A stretch of DNA of 64,000 nucleotides from Methylocystis sp. (GTDB lineage Bacteria > Pseudomonadota > Alphaproteobacteria > Rhizobiales > Beijerinckiaceae): the NCBI GenBank assembly GCA_035624015.1, contig DASPSI010000049.1:6965-70964 (forward strand). Reading direction: 5' to 3'. The translations under genes were made by a program, and so were the position numbers. Every line of letters begins with the position of its first letter. Position 1 is the first letter of the stretch. The notes beneath the pieces were generated by a model, which made no database searches, was not told the origin of the DNA, and saw only the letters and a program-made list of their open reading frames with translations. Below are positions 49,747 through 59,702 of the stretch, one piece after another.

Positions 49747-52700
49747 TCCGCCGCCCCCTCGGGGACAGCGTCGAGGTCCGCCTTTTCGTCTTCCGGCGCT
49801 GCGACGGAATGAGGCTGCGGACGTCGGACCGAGCGGCGGCGGAGCCCGTCGACGGCAAGATAGATGACCGGCGTTGTGTAGAGCGTCAGCAGTTGCGACA
49901 GCAGCAGCCCGCCGATGATCGAGACGCCGAGCGGAATGCGCAGCTCGCTGCCGGCGCCGTGCGAGAGCGCGAGCGGCAGCGCGCCCAGCAGCGCTGCGAG
50001 CGTGGTCATCATGATCGGGCGGAAGCGGAGTTTCGCCGCGCGCACGATCGACTCCTCGGGGCCTGCGCCCTCTTCGCGCTCGATGTCGAGGGCGAAGTCG
50101 ATCATCATGATGGCGTTTTTCTTGACGATGCCCATGAGCAGCACGACGCCGATCAGAGCGACGATCGACATGTCGAGCCTGAAAATTATCAGCGCGAGCA
50201 GCGCGCCGACGCCCGCGGAGGGCAAGGTGGTCAGCACCGTGAACGGATGCACGAAGCTTTCGTAGAGCACGCCAAGGACGATGTAGATCGCGATGATCGC
50301 GGCGACGAGCAGATAAGGCTCGCTCGCCAGCGACTTGTTGAATTCTGCGGCGTCGCCGCTGAAGATGCCGACAATCGTGCGCGGCATCCCCATCTCGCGC
50401 TCGACGCGCGAGATCGTCTCCACCGCGTCGCCGAGCGAGGCGCCCCGGCCAAGATCGTAACTGATCGTCGCCGCCGGAAACTGCTCCTGATGCGCGACGA
50501 CGAGCGGCGCCGTCACCTGTTCGATGCGCACGAGACTGCCGAGCGGGGCCTGCGGCCCGCCGCCGGGCGCCGCCACATATAGCCTGTTCAGCGCGTTTGG
50601 ATCGCGCTGATACTGCGGCGCGGCTTCGAGAATGACGCGATACTGGTTCGACTGCGTATAGATCGTCGAAATCTGGCGCTGGCCGAAAGCGTCGTTTAAG
50701 ATGTCGTCGACGTTCTGCATCGAGACTCCGAGCCGCCCCATCGTCTCGCGATCGATGTGCACGAGGCTGCGCAGGCCGCCGTCCTGCGTTTCGGAGGCGA
50801 CGTTGCGCAGAGTCGGCTCGCCGCGCAGCGCCGCGAGCAGCTTCGCCGACCATTCGCGCAACTCCTGGGCGTTCGCCGTCGTCATCGTATATTGGAATTG
50901 CGAGCGGCTCGCTCGGGTCGTGATCTGGATGTCCTGCACCGGCTCGATATAAAGGGTCGCCCCGGCCTCCCGGTTGGCCACCTCCTTGAGGCGATCCGCG
51001 ATCTGTTCGGCGTTCTCCCGGCGCTCCTCGCGGTTCTTGAGCACGATCTGATAGTGGCCAACGTTGGTGGTCGCGTTGAGCGGCCCGACGCCGAGCACGG
51101 ACGTCACGGCGGCGACCGCGCCATCGCGCGCGAAAATGTTTTCCACGTCGCCCTGGAGTTTTTTCATGGCGTCGAAGGAAATGTCGGGAGAGGTCTCCAG
51201 AACCGCAGTCAGCAGGCCGGTGTCCTGCCGCGGCAGGAAGCCTTTGGGGATGAAGACGTAAAGCGCCACGGTGACGGCGAGCGTGACCAGGGTGAGCGTC
51301 ATCATGAGCGGGCGATGGCGCATGGACCAGTCGAGCGTCGCGGCATAGAGCCGGTCGAGCCAGGAGGTTCTCTCCTCGTGCCGGGCGTTGGACCGCAGAA
51401 TTTGTCCGCAGAGCATCGGCGTGAGCGTCAGGGAGACGATCGCCGAGACCACGACGGCCATCGTCAGCGTCAACGCGAATTCGCGGAACATGCGACCGAC
51501 GAGCCCCGTCATGAACAGCAGGGGGATGAACACCGCGATGAGCGAGACCGTCAGAGACACAACGGTGAAGCCGATCTCGCGCGCGCCGTCGAGCGCGGCC
51601 TGGAACGGCGTCTTGCCGCGCTCGATGTTGCGGACGATGTTCTCGATCATGACGATGGCGTCGTCGACCACAAAGCCCGTGCCAATAGTCAGCGCCATCA
51701 GGGAGAGGTTGTCGAGCGAGAATTTCGCCGCCCACATCGTCGCGAATGTGGCGACGATCGAGAGCGGGAGGCTGATCGCCGCGATGATTGTCGCCCGCAG
51801 GCTGCGCAGGAACAGCAGCACCACCATCACGACCAGCGCGACGGCGACGACGAGCGTGAACTCGACATCCTGGATCGAGGCGCTGATCGTGTCTGTGCGG
51901 TCGCTGACGATATCGAGCGTCATGCCCCTCGCGAGCAGGCGGCGCAGATTGGGGAGCTCTTTTTTCAGCCCATCGACGGTGTTGATGATGTTGGCGTTCG
52001 GCTGGCGCAAGACATCGACGACGATGGCCGGTTTGCCGCGATACCAGCCGCCGACGCGGGCGTTTTCAAGCCCGTCGATGACCGTTGCGACATCCGAGAG
52101 CATGATCTGGCGCCCGTTGACCCAGTTGACCACGACCGATTTGTAATCCGCGGCTTTGAATATCTGGTCGTTGGCGTCAAGCGTGTAGGACTGCTTCGTG
52201 CCGTCGATCGACCCCTTGGCCCCGGCGGTGTTGGCCGCGGCGATGGCGAGCCGGAGATCGTCCATGCTCATATTGTTGGCGGCAAGCCGCTGGAGATCGG
52301 CCTGTATGCGGATCGCAGGGCGCACGCCGCCCTCGACGAGCACGCGCCCGACGCCTGCGACCTCGGACAGGCGCGGTGCGAGCTGCGTGTCGGCGAGATC
52401 GGAGAGCACGCGCAGCGGCGCCGTCTCCGAACGCAGAACCAGCGTCACAATCGGCGTGTCGGCTGGATTCACCTTGGCATAGACCGGCGGATAGGGCAGG
52501 TTTCGGGGCAGGGTGGAGGCCGCCGCGTTAATCGCCGACTGCACGTCCTGTGCCGCCGCGTCGATGTCGCGGTCGAGATCGAACTGCAACGTGATCTGCG
52601 AGAAGCCGAAGGTGCTCTGCGACGACATCGTCGACAGGGACGGGATCTGGCCGAACTGCCGCTCGAGCGAGGCCGTGACCAGCGACGCCATCGTGTCGGG

Positions 52701-52865
52701 ATTGGCGCCGGGAAGCTGCGTCGTGACCTGAATGGTTGGGAAATCCACCTGCGGCAGCGGCGACACTGAAAGATTGGCGAAGCCCATGACGCCCGCGAGC
52801 AGCACGGCGAAACCGAGCAGCGTGGTCGCGACCGGACGATGGACGAAGGGGGCGGAAATGTTCAT
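49743..52865 (-). CDS. mdtB: RND efflux permease, MdtB-like
   Basis: SAPFVHRPVATTLL, LERQFGQIP, PYPPVYAKVNPAD, GFVVDDAIV. Confidence 0.9.
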   Translation of the reverse strand: MNISAPFVHRPVATTLLGFAVLLAGVMGFANLSVSPLPQVDFPTIQVTTQLPGANPDTMASLVTASLERQFGQIPSLSTMSSQSTFGFSQITLQFDLDRDIDAAAQDVQSAINAAASTLPRNLPYPPVYAKVNPADTPIVTLVLRSETAPLRVLSDLADTQLAPRLSEVAGVGRVLVEGGVRPAIRIQADLQRLAANNMSMDDLRLAIAAANTAGAKGSIDGTKQSYTLDANDQIFKAADYKSVVVNWVNGRQIMLSDVATVIDGLENARVGGWYRGKPAIVVDVLRQPNANIINTVDGLKKELPNLRRLLARGMTLDIVSDRTDTISASIQDVEFTLVVAVALVVMVVLLFLRSLRATIIAAISLPLSIVATFATMWAAKFSLDNLSLMALTIGTGFVVDDAIVMIENIVRNIERGKTPFQAALDGAREIGFTVVSLTVSLIAVFIPLLFMTGLVGRMFREFALTLTMAVVVSAIVSLTLTPMLCGQILRSNARHEERTSWLDRLYAATLDWSMRHRPLMMTLTLVTLAVTVALYVFIPKGFLPRQDTGLLTAVLETSPDISFDAMKKLQGDVENIFARDGAVAAVTSVLGVGPLNATTNVGHYQIVLKNREERRENAEQIADRLKEVANREAGATLYIEPVQDIQITTRASRSQFQYTMTTANAQELREWSAKLLAALRGEPTLRNVASETQDGGLRSLVHIDRETMGRLGVSMQNVDDILNDAFGQRQISTIYTQSNQYRVILEAAPQYQRDPNALNRLYVAAPGGGPQAPLGSLVRIEQVTAPLVVAHQEQFPAATISYDLGRGASLGDAVETISRVEREMGMPRTIVGIFSGDAAEFNKSLASEPYLLVAAIIAIYIVLGVLYESFVHPFTVLTTLPSAGVGALLALIIFRLDMSIVALIGVVLLMGIVKKNAIMMIDFALDIEREEGAGPEESIVRAAKLRFRPIMMTTLAALLGALPLALSHGAGSELRIPLGVSIIGGLLLSQLLTLYTTPVIYLAVDGLRRRSVRRPQPHSVAAPEDEKADLDAVPEGAAE

Positions 52866-53010
52866 GCTGCTATGGAGGCCCTGGACGTAGGTCAGTCCGA
52901 AACGCTGTCCGGTCTCGGAGGCGCAAGCTGCTCCGTCTCGCACATTAACCCGACCAAATCTATCAGATTTAGCGCCGGCGACCGACCCTGCTCTGTTTCC
53001 GCTTTGTGTC

Positions 53011-53802
53011 TCATCCGCTTCGGGTCCTTGCGCTCTCGTGCCAGCGGCGGAGGGCGACGTGCGTCAAGAGCGACAGCGCGCCATAGATGGCGACGCCCAT
53101 GAACGAGAGCAATGTGAGCGCCGCGAACATGCGCGGCACGTCGAGCCGAAAGCCTGCCTCCACGATGCGAAAGGCGAGGCCCGCGCCTTGTCCGGCCGAG
53201 CCCGCGGCAAGCTCCGCGGCCACGGCGCCGATCAGTGCAAGGCCACCGGCGATGCGCAGGCCCGCGAGGAACTGCGGCAGCGCCGCCGGCGCGCGCAGGT
53301 AGATCAGCCGTTTCCAGGGCGAGGCGCGGTAGAGGTCAAAAAGGTCGAGCAGCGCATGGTCGACCGAGGCGAGCCCTAGCGCCGTGTTCGACAGGATCGG
53401 AAAGAACGCCACGAGAAAGGCGCAGACCAGCACCGCCTGCGCCGGCGAGAGATAGACGAGAAGCAGTGGCGCTATGGCGATGATCGGCGTCACCTGCAGC
53501 ATGACCGCGTAGGGAGTCAGCGTCCGCTCCAGCCATTTCGACTGCGACATCACCAGCGCGAGGGCTGCGCCGCAGAGCGTCGCCAGCGCCAGCGCCTCGA
53601 GCGCGACAAGGAGCGTCGTCGCGGCGGAGGAGAAGAGCAGCGCGCGCTCCTCGACGAGCGTGGCGAAGATCGCGCTCGGCGCCGGCAGGACATAGGGCGC
53701 GATCCCATAGAAGCGCACGATGCCTTCCCAAAGCGCCAATAATGCGGCGAAGGCGAGAGTGGGCGGGGCGGCGGCGATGAGAAGGCGGCGTGCTGCGATC
53801 AT
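53011..53802 (-). CDS. ABC transporter permease (NitT/TauT/ThiX class)
   Basis: YVLPAPS, QVTPIIAIAPL, AFFPILSNT..GL, EAA-like loop. Confidence 0.93.
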   Translation of the reverse strand: MIAARRLLIAAAPPTLAFAALLALWEGIVRFYGIAPYVLPAPSAIFATLVEERALLFSSAATTLLVALEALALATLCGAALALVMSQSKWLERTLTPYAVMLQVTPIIAIAPLLLVYLSPAQAVLVCAFLVAFFPILSNTALGLASVDHALLDLFDLYRASPWKRLIYLRAPAALPQFLAGLRIAGGLALIGAVAAELAAGSAGQGAGLAFRIVEAGFRLDVPRMFAALTLLSFMGVAIYGALSLLTHVALRRWHESARTRSG

Positions 53803-54629
53803 GGCCGCGCTTCGCTCATCGCGCGCTGCAGAGCCTGCGAGGCGCGCCGGCAGACGCTCATGAATTCCGAGCTCAAGCGAAAGTCGGCGTCGCGCTTGAG
53901 CTTGGGGTCGACGGCGATCTCGTCGACGATCCCGCCGCCCTTCGCTGCGAGCACGACGACGCGCGTCGACAAAAACGCGCTCTCGAGCACCGAATGGGTG
54001 ACGAACACGATCGTGGCGCCGAGCCTGGCCTTGAGCGTCAGCAGCTCGTCATTGAGCTTCCAGCGTGTCACCTCGTCGAGCGCAGCGAAGGGCTCATCCA
54101 TCAGCAGCAGGGCGGGGCGCATGACGAGCGCCCGAGCGATCGCGCAGCGCATTTTCATGCCCCCCGACAGCTCGCGCGGCAGCGCGCGCGGGAATTGCGC
54201 GAGACCCACGAGCTCCAGAGCCTCGCTCACGCGCGGCGCGGCGTCGCGCCGCGCGACCCCCGCGAGACGCAACGGCAGATAGACATTGGCGAAGACGTCG
54301 GCCCAGGGCAGCAACGTCGCCTCCTGGAAAACGAATCCGATCTTCTCGCGCGCAGCGGCACAGTTCCACCGGATCTCGCCGCTTGTCGGCTGCGCGAGCC
54401 CGGCGAGCAGCCGCAGCGCCGTCGATTTGCCGCAGCCAGAAGGACCAAGCAGCGTCAGCGTTTCGCCTGGATAGACGTCGAAGTCGAGCGCGCGCAGCGC
54501 AGTCGCCGCGCCGAAGGACTTGCCGACTTTTTCAAACGAGACGAGCGCGTCATCGCGAGCGGAGCGAAGCGATCCGGGAGGAGTGGATGGCTCCTGGATG
54601 GCCTCGCTATGCTGGCGCTGAAGCGTCAC
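53799..54629 (-). CDS. ABC transporter ATP-binding protein (NitT/TauT class)
   Basis: GPSGCGKS, FVFQE..LLPW, LSGGMKMR, DEPFAALD; GTG start overlaps the upstream stop. Confidence 0.95.
   Translation of the reverse strand: MTLQRQHSEAIQEPSTPPGSLRSARDDALVSFEKVGKSFGAATALRALDFDVYPGETLTLLGPSGCGKSTALRLLAGLAQPTSGEIRWNCAAAREKIGFVFQEATLLPWADVFANVYLPLRLAGVARRDAAPRVSEALELVGLAQFPRALPRELSGGMKMRCAIARALVMRPALLLMDEPFAALDEVTRWKLNDELLTLKARLGATIVFVTHSVLESAFLSTRVVVLAAKGGGIVDEIAVDPKLKRDADFRLSSEFMSVCRRASQALQRAMSEARP
54548..54608. repeat. Degenerate RPE-like palindromic element inside the ATPase 5' coding region
   Basis: CGTCATCGCGAGCGGAGCGAAGCGATCCGGGAG...CTCCTGGATGGCCTCGCT, similar to the arm at 25233. Confidence 0.75.
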
Positions 54630-55774
54630 CTGCCGTCGTTCTCCAGTCCGACGCCCTTGCCAACGAACCGCGTCGTATAGCCCTTCTGATACGGAAGATT
54701 AGCAGGCACGACGCCGGCCATGACCATCTTGTCGAAGAAGCTTTTCACCCGCGCGTCCGTCATGACGCCGACGCCAAGCGTCCTGGCGTCGCCGCCGTCG
54801 ACGACGCCGCGCTCCTTCATCTTGGCGATCCCGTAAGCAAGAAGGCCGTCGGTCATCTCGGGATTATCGCGTTTTATCATGGCGTTAGCGGCGCGGTTGT
54901 CGCCATGGAGATAATTGCGCCAGCCGATGATCGAGGCGTCGACGAAGCGCTGCACGAGATCGGGGTTCCTCGCGATCGTCTCGGCGCGCGCCTCGATCGT
55001 CGTCGAATAGGAGTCGTAGCCGTAATCGGCGAGCAGGAACACATTGGGCTTGAAGCCGGCGACGCGCTCGACCTGATAAGGCTCGGAGGTGAGATAGCCT
55101 TCCTCGATCGTGAATCTGTCGGCGATGAAGGGCGCCTGGTTGAAGCCATAGGGCTTCACTTTATCCTCGCGAAAGCCATGGGCCTGCTTGAGCCATTGAT
55201 AGACCGAGACCAGCATGTCGTTCGCCACGAAGGCGGTGGCTTTCGGCAGATCCTCGAAGCGGTCGAAGCCGACGTCGGGATGCGAGAGGAAGACGATCGG
55301 ATCGATCTGAAACATCGCGGCGACGTCGACGACCGGGATGTTCTGCTTCACAGCCTCGAAAGTCTGGATGAGATTGGCGCCCATGGCGAAGTCGACCTTG
55401 CCCGAGGCGAGCAGCAGTCGCGAATTGGTCTGCGGCCCGCCTTGCTGGATCGTCACGTCGAGGCCATAGTGGGCGTAAGTGCCGTCGGTGACGGCCTGAT
55501 AGAAGCCGCCATGCTCCGCTTGCGCCCGCCAGTTGGTGGCGAACATGATCTTGTCGAGGGCGAAGGCGGGGGTGCACAGGGCGAAGAAGAGAAGGCAGAG
55601 AGCGTCCAACAACCCGAGTCGGTTCCCTCTCCCCGCTTGCGGGGAGAGGGAAAGACCGTGTGCTTCACAAGCCTTGGGGTCGAATCCCCCGCGCCCCTCA
55701 CCCCAGCCCTCTCCCCGCAAGCGGGGAGAGGGGGCAGGTTGCGCGTGTGATGCAAACTGCGGCACATCTCGCAT
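54626..55774 (-). CDS. ABC substrate-binding protein, NMT1/THI5 (ThiY-like) family
   Basis: TNWRAQAEHGGFYQA, GLDVTI.QGGP, EGYLTSEP, FLLADYG; signal h-region CLLFFALCTPAFA; start uncertain. Confidence 0.9.
   Translation of the reverse strand: MRDVPQFASHAQPAPSPRLRGEGWGEGRGGFDPKACEAHGLSLSPQAGRGNRLGLLDALCLLFFALCTPAFALDKIMFATNWRAQAEHGGFYQAVTDGTYAHYGLDVTIQQGGPQTNSRLLLASGKVDFAMGANLIQTFEAVKQNIPVVDVAAMFQIDPIVFLSHPDVGFDRFEDLPKATAFVANDMLVSVYQWLKQAHGFREDKVKPYGFNQAPFIADRFTIEEGYLTSEPYQVERVAGFKPNVFLLADYGYDSYSTTIEARAETIARNPDLVQRFVDASIIGWRNYLHGDNRAANAMIKRDNPEMTDGLLAYGIAKMKERGVVDGGDARTLGVGVMTDARVKSFFDKMVMAGVVPANLPYQKGYTTRFVGKGVGLENDGR
55625..55748. repeat. REP doublet (REPIN-like)
   Basis: Perfect 26-bp inverted repeat at 55625-55650 and 55707-55732; each unit is itself a hairpin. 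Confidence 0.92.
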
Positions 55775-55784
55775 GGCCCTGCCC

Positions 55785-56861
55785 TTATCTTTTTCCCGTC
55801 TGCGCCCGATGACGCAAAAACTGATCCGCCAGCACGCAGGCCATCATGGCCTCGCCGACCGGCACGGCCCGGATGCCGACGCAAGGGTCGTGGCGGCCCT
55901 TCGTCGAGACCTCGGTCTCGGCGCCGGAGCTGTCGATCGTGCGGCGCGCGGTGAGGATCGACGAGGTCGGCTTGACCGCGAAACGCGCCAGAATCGGCTG
56001 GCCCGTCGATATGCCCCCGAGAATCCCACCGGCGTTGTTCGACAGGAACATTGGCGCCCCGTCGGGACCGCGGCGCATCTCGTCGGCGTTTTCTTCGCCC
56101 GTGAGCTCGGCCGCCGCGAATCCCGCGCCAATCTCGACGCCCTTCACCGCGTTGATCGACATCAGCGCGCTCGCAAGCTCCGCGTCGAGCTTGCCATAGA
56201 CCGGCGCGCCCCAGCCGACAGGAACGCCCGAAGCCTCCAGCTCGATCACCGCCCCGATAGACGAGCCGGCCTTGCGGACCCCGTCGAGATAATCGGCCCA
56301 GCATTCGGCGGCGCGCTTGTCGGGGCAGAAGAACGGGTTCTTGTCGACCTCGTCCCAGTCGAAGCGGTTGCGGTCGATCTTGTGGGGGCCGATCTGCACC
56401 AGCGCGCCGCGGATCGCGACGCCGCCGATGACCTTGCGGGCGACGGCGCCGGCGGCGACGCGCGCCGCGGTCTCGCGGGCTGAGGAGCGCCCGCCGCCGC
56501 GGTAGTCCCGGATCCCATACTTGGCGTCATAGACGTAGTCGGCGTGGCCGGGCCGGTATTTCTGCGCGATCTCGCTATAGTCCTTCGCGCGCTGGTCGGT
56601 GTTCTCAATCAGAAGCGCGATCGGCGTCCCGGTGGTCTTGCTCTCGAAGACGCCCGAGAGAATCTTGACCTCATCGGCCTCGCGCCGCTGCGTCGTGAAG
56701 CGCGACTGGCCCGGCTTGCGCCTGTCCAGAAAGACCTGGATATCCTCTGCCGCGAGCGGCAGGAGCGGCGGGCAGCCGTCCACGATCGCGCCGAGCGCGG
56801 GCCCGTGGCTCTCGCCGAAGGTGGTGACGCGGAAGAGATGGCCGAAGGCGTTGTGGGACAT
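55785..56861 (-). CDS. aroC: Chorismate synthase
   Basis: [42 protein letters not shown]. Confidence 0.99.
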   Translation of the reverse strand: MSHNAFGHLFRVTTFGESHGPALGAIVDGCPPLLPLAAEDIQVFLDRRKPGQSRFTTQRREADEVKILSGVFESKTTGTPIALLIENTDQRAKDYSEIAQKYRPGHADYVYDAKYGIRDYRGGGRSSARETAARVAAGAVARKVIGGVAIRGALVQIGPHKIDRNRFDWDEVDKNPFFCPDKRAAECWADYLDGVRKAGSSIGAVIELEASGVPVGWGAPVYGKLDAELASALMSINAVKGVEIGAGFAAAELTGEENADEMRRGPDGAPMFLSNNAGGILGGISTGQPILARFAVKPTSSILTARRTIDSSGAETEVSTKGRHDPCVGIRAVPVGEAMMACVLADQFLRHRAQTGKR

Positions 56862-56952
56862 TTGGCGTCGGGGACAGAGGGTGGACCGCGGATGTATAAA
56901 CGCTTTGTCTCAAACCTGGAAAGGCGCGGCGTGACTTTAAATCGGGGTTCCC

Positions 56953-57933
56953 ATGCGCATTGAGGTCATCGGCGCTGGCGTCGCCGGGCTCACCGCGGCC
57001 TTCGAGCTGGCGCGCCGCGGCGCCGAGGTCGAGCTCGTCGAGCGCCATATGCAGGCGGGGCAGGGCTGCTCGCGCTTCGCCGGCGGCATGATCGCACCCT
57101 GGTGCGAGCTCCAAAGCGCCGAGCCTATCGTCGCCGAGCTTGGCGCCGAAGCTCTGGAATTTTGGATCCGGGACATCCCCGTCGCCACGACCAAGGGCAG
57201 CCTCGTCGTCGCCCCCGCGAAAGAACGCGCCGAGCTGATCGACTTTTCCCGCCGCACGGAAAATTATGAGAAGCTCGACGCCGAGGGCGTCGCCGCGCTC
57301 GAGCCTGATCTCGAAGGGCGCTTCGATGCGGCGCTCTATTTCCCGGGCGAGGCGCATCTCGATCCTCAAAAGGCGATGGCGGCGCTGGCGGAGCGTCTGC
57401 ATAAGATGCGGAACGTCAAGCTGCGCTATGGCGCCAGGCCGCGCGGCGACGCCGATTTCACGGTCGACGCCAGGGGCTTCGCTTCCCGCGACGCGCTGCC
57501 GACCCTGCGCGGCGTCAAGGGCGAGATGATGACCTTGCGCACGAGCGAGCTGAGCTTCTCGCGGCCGATCCGCATGCTGCACGCCAAGCGCCCAGTCTAT
57601 GTGGTGCCGCGCGGCGGCGGCCTGTTCATGGTCGGCGCGACGATGATCGAGAATGAGGAGGCCGCCCGGGTCACCGCGCGCTCGCTCGCGGAGCTGATCA
57701 GCTCGGCTTACGCGATCCACCCTGCTTTTGCCGAGGCCGAGGTGGTCGAGACAGGCTCGGACGTGCGTCCAGCCTTCGCCGACAATCTGCCGCGGCTTAT
57801 CAGGCGGGGGGACACTCTTTATATTAACGGACTCTATCGGCATGGCTTCCTGCTCGCGCCGGCCTTGGCGCGGCGTGCGGCGCAGATGCTGCTCGATGAC
57901 GCGTGGTTCCCGGAGGTTGCGGGTGAGGATTGA
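56953..57933 (+). CDS. thiO: Glycine oxidase ThiO
   Basis: GAGVAG FAD motif, AGGMIAPWCE, RPAFADNLP, NGLYRHGFL; upstream of thiSGE. Confidence 0.93.
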   Translation: MRIEVIGAGVAGLTAAFELARRGAEVELVERHMQAGQGCSRFAGGMIAPWCELQSAEPIVAELGAEALEFWIRDIPVATTKGSLVVAPAKERAELIDFSRRTENYEKLDAEGVAALEPDLEGRFDAALYFPGEAHLDPQKAMAALAERLHKMRNVKLRYGARPRGDADFTVDARGFASRDALPTLRGVKGEMMTLRTSELSFSRPIRMLHAKRPVYVVPRGGGLFMVGATMIENEEAARVTARSLAELISSAYAIHPAFAEAEVVETGSDVRPAFADNLPRLIRRGDTLYINGLYRHGFLLAPALARRAAQMLLDDAWFPEVAGED

Positions 57934-58120
57934 GGTCAATGGCAAGGCGCGCGAGGTCCGGTCGCCGACGCTTGCGCTTTTGCTCGAGGAGCTGGGGCTC
58001 GGCGACCGACACGTCGCCACGGCGCTCAACCAAGAGTTCGTGCGCGCCAAGGACCGCGACGAGAAGAGGCTTCACGAAGGTGACGCGGTCGAGATCGTCT
58101 CCCCGCGCCAGGGAGGATAG
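57923..58120 (+). CDS. thiS: Sulfur carrier ThiS
   Basis: RIEVNG...[10 protein letters not shown]...[13 protein letters not shown]; GTG start with GGAGG SD. Confidence 0.96.
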   Translation: MRIEVNGKAREVRSPTLALLLEELGLGDRHVATALNQEFVRAKDRDEKRLHEGDAVEIVSPRQGG

Positions 58121-58122
58121 AG

Positions 58123-59088
58123 GTGATTAGAGAAATTGAACGCCGATCACCTCCTCCCCAACCCTCCCCCGCTTCGCGGGAGAGGGAGCTGGCTCCACGC
58201 GTCACCGACATTGCGAGCAACGCCTGCCACCCCCTCTCCCGCGAAGCGGGGGAGGGTGAGGGCGGGGGCATTTCACGAGATTCGAGGGCGGCGAACTTGA
58301 GCGACCTGCTGAAGCTCTATGACGTCGAGCTGCACTCGCGCCTGCTGCTCGGCACCGCGCGTTATCCTTCCCCCGCGATCCTCAAGCGCGCGATCGCTGC
58401 TTCGAAAGCCGAGATCGTCACCGTGTCTTTGCGGCGCGAGGCCGGCGATTCGCGCGCGGGCGAGGGGTTTTGGCGGCTCATCCGCGAGACTGGCGCGCGC
58501 GTGCTGCCGAACACCGCCGGCTGCCTGACCGTCAAGGAGGCCGTGACCACCGCACAAATGGCGCGCGAGCTGTTCGCGACGAGCTGGATCAAGCTCGAGG
58601 TCATCGGCGACGAGGACACGCTGCAGCCGGATCCTTTCGGCCTCGTCGACGCCGCACGGATTCTCGCGCGCGACGGCTTCGACGTCTTTCCGTACATGAC
58701 CGAGGATCTGGTCGTGGCCGAGAAGCTCGTCGACGCTGGCTGCAAAGTGTTGATGCCCTGGGCGGCGCCGATCGGCTCGGGACGCGGACTCAACAACGCG
58801 TTCGGCTTGCGGGCGTTGCGAGTGCGCTTTCCCGACGTTCCGCTTGTCGTCGACGCTGGCCTCGGCGCGCCGTCTCATGCGGCGGCGGCGCTGGAGCTGG
58901 GCTTCGACGCCGTTCTGCTCAACACCGCGGTCGCCAGGGCCGGCGATCCCGTCGCAATGGCGGGCGCTTTCGCGCTGGCGGTCGCCGCCGGCCGCGCGGC
59001 CTATCTCGCGAAGCCCATGACGCCGCGCGACCTCGCCGAGCCCTCGACGCCGGTGCTCGGCCGCGCCTTTGACCTTGGCGCCGCGTGA
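58123..59088 (+). CDS. thiG: Thiazole synthase ThiG (start GTG 58123 or TTG 58297)
   Basis: [38 protein letters not shown]. Confidence 0.97.
   Translation: MIREIERRSPPPQPSPASRERELAPRVTDIASNACHPLSREAGEGEGGGISRDSRAANLSDLLKLYDVELHSRLLLGTARYPSPAILKRAIAASKAEIVTVSLRREAGDSRAGEGFWRLIRETGARVLPNTAGCLTVKEAVTTAQMARELFATSWIKLEVIGDEDTLQPDPFGLVDAARILARDGFDVFPYMTEDLVVAEKLVDAGCKVLMPWAAPIGSGRGLNNAFGLRALRVRFPDVPLVVDAGLGAPSHAAAALELGFDAVLLNTAVARAGDPVAMAGAFALAVAAGRAAYLAKPMTPRDLAEPSTPVLGRAFDLGAA
58151..58268. repeat. REP doublet (REPIN-like)
   Basis: Perfect 26-bp inverted repeat at 58161-58186 and 58232-58257. Confidence 0.92.
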
Positions 59089-59702
59089 AGCTCGATCCCT
59101 TCTACCTGATTGTCGACGACGCGGCGTGGCTCGCGCGCCTGCTGCCACAGGGCGTGAAGCTGGTGCAGCTGCGCGTCAAGGATCGCGGCGAAGGGGAGGT
59201 TCGAGCGCAAATCAGGCGCGCCAAGCGGCTCTGCGCCGAGGCGTCGGCGCAGCTCGTCGTCAACGACTATTGGCGCCTGGCGATCGAGGAGGGCTGCGAT
59301 TTCGTTCATCTCGGCCAGGGCGATCTCGACGGCGCCGATATCGCGGCGCTACGCGCGGCGGGTGTGAAGCTCGGCGTCTCTACGCATGACCATGCCGAGC
59401 TGGCGCGGGCGCTCGCGCTTCGACCCGATTACGTCGCGCTCGGACCCGTTTATCCGACGCTGCTGAAGCAGATGGCTTTTGCGCCGCAGGGGCTCGATCG
59501 CGTCACGGAGTGGAAGAGAAGGATCGGCGCCGTTCCGCTCGTCGCCATCGGCGGCCTGACGCCCGAGCGGGCGTTGTTGGCGCTTGCGGCGAGGGCCGAC
59601 AGCGCCGGCGTCGTGACCGACGTCCTGCGCAACGAGAACCCCGAGGCGCGCGCACGCGAATGGATCGAGGCGACCGCGCCCTGGCGCGCTCACTTCACAT
59701 AA
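59085..59702 (+). CDS. thiE: Thiamine-phosphate synthase
   Basis: [29 protein letters not shown]. Confidence 0.97.
   Translation: MKLDPFYLIVDDAAWLARLLPQGVKLVQLRVKDRGEGEVRAQIRRAKRLCAEASAQLVVNDYWRLAIEEGCDFVHLGQGDLDGADIAALRAAGVKLGVSTHDHAELARALALRPDYVALGPVYPTLLKQMAFAPQGLDRVTEWKRRIGAVPLVAIGGLTPERALLALAARADSAGVVTDVLRNENPEARAREWIEATAPWRAHFT

Noticed and set aside
46642-51735. 1697-aa ORF suggesting a giant RND fusion
   Set aside because: The first ~660 aa are an Arg-rich off-frame shadow of mdtB; the real gene starts at GTG 49746
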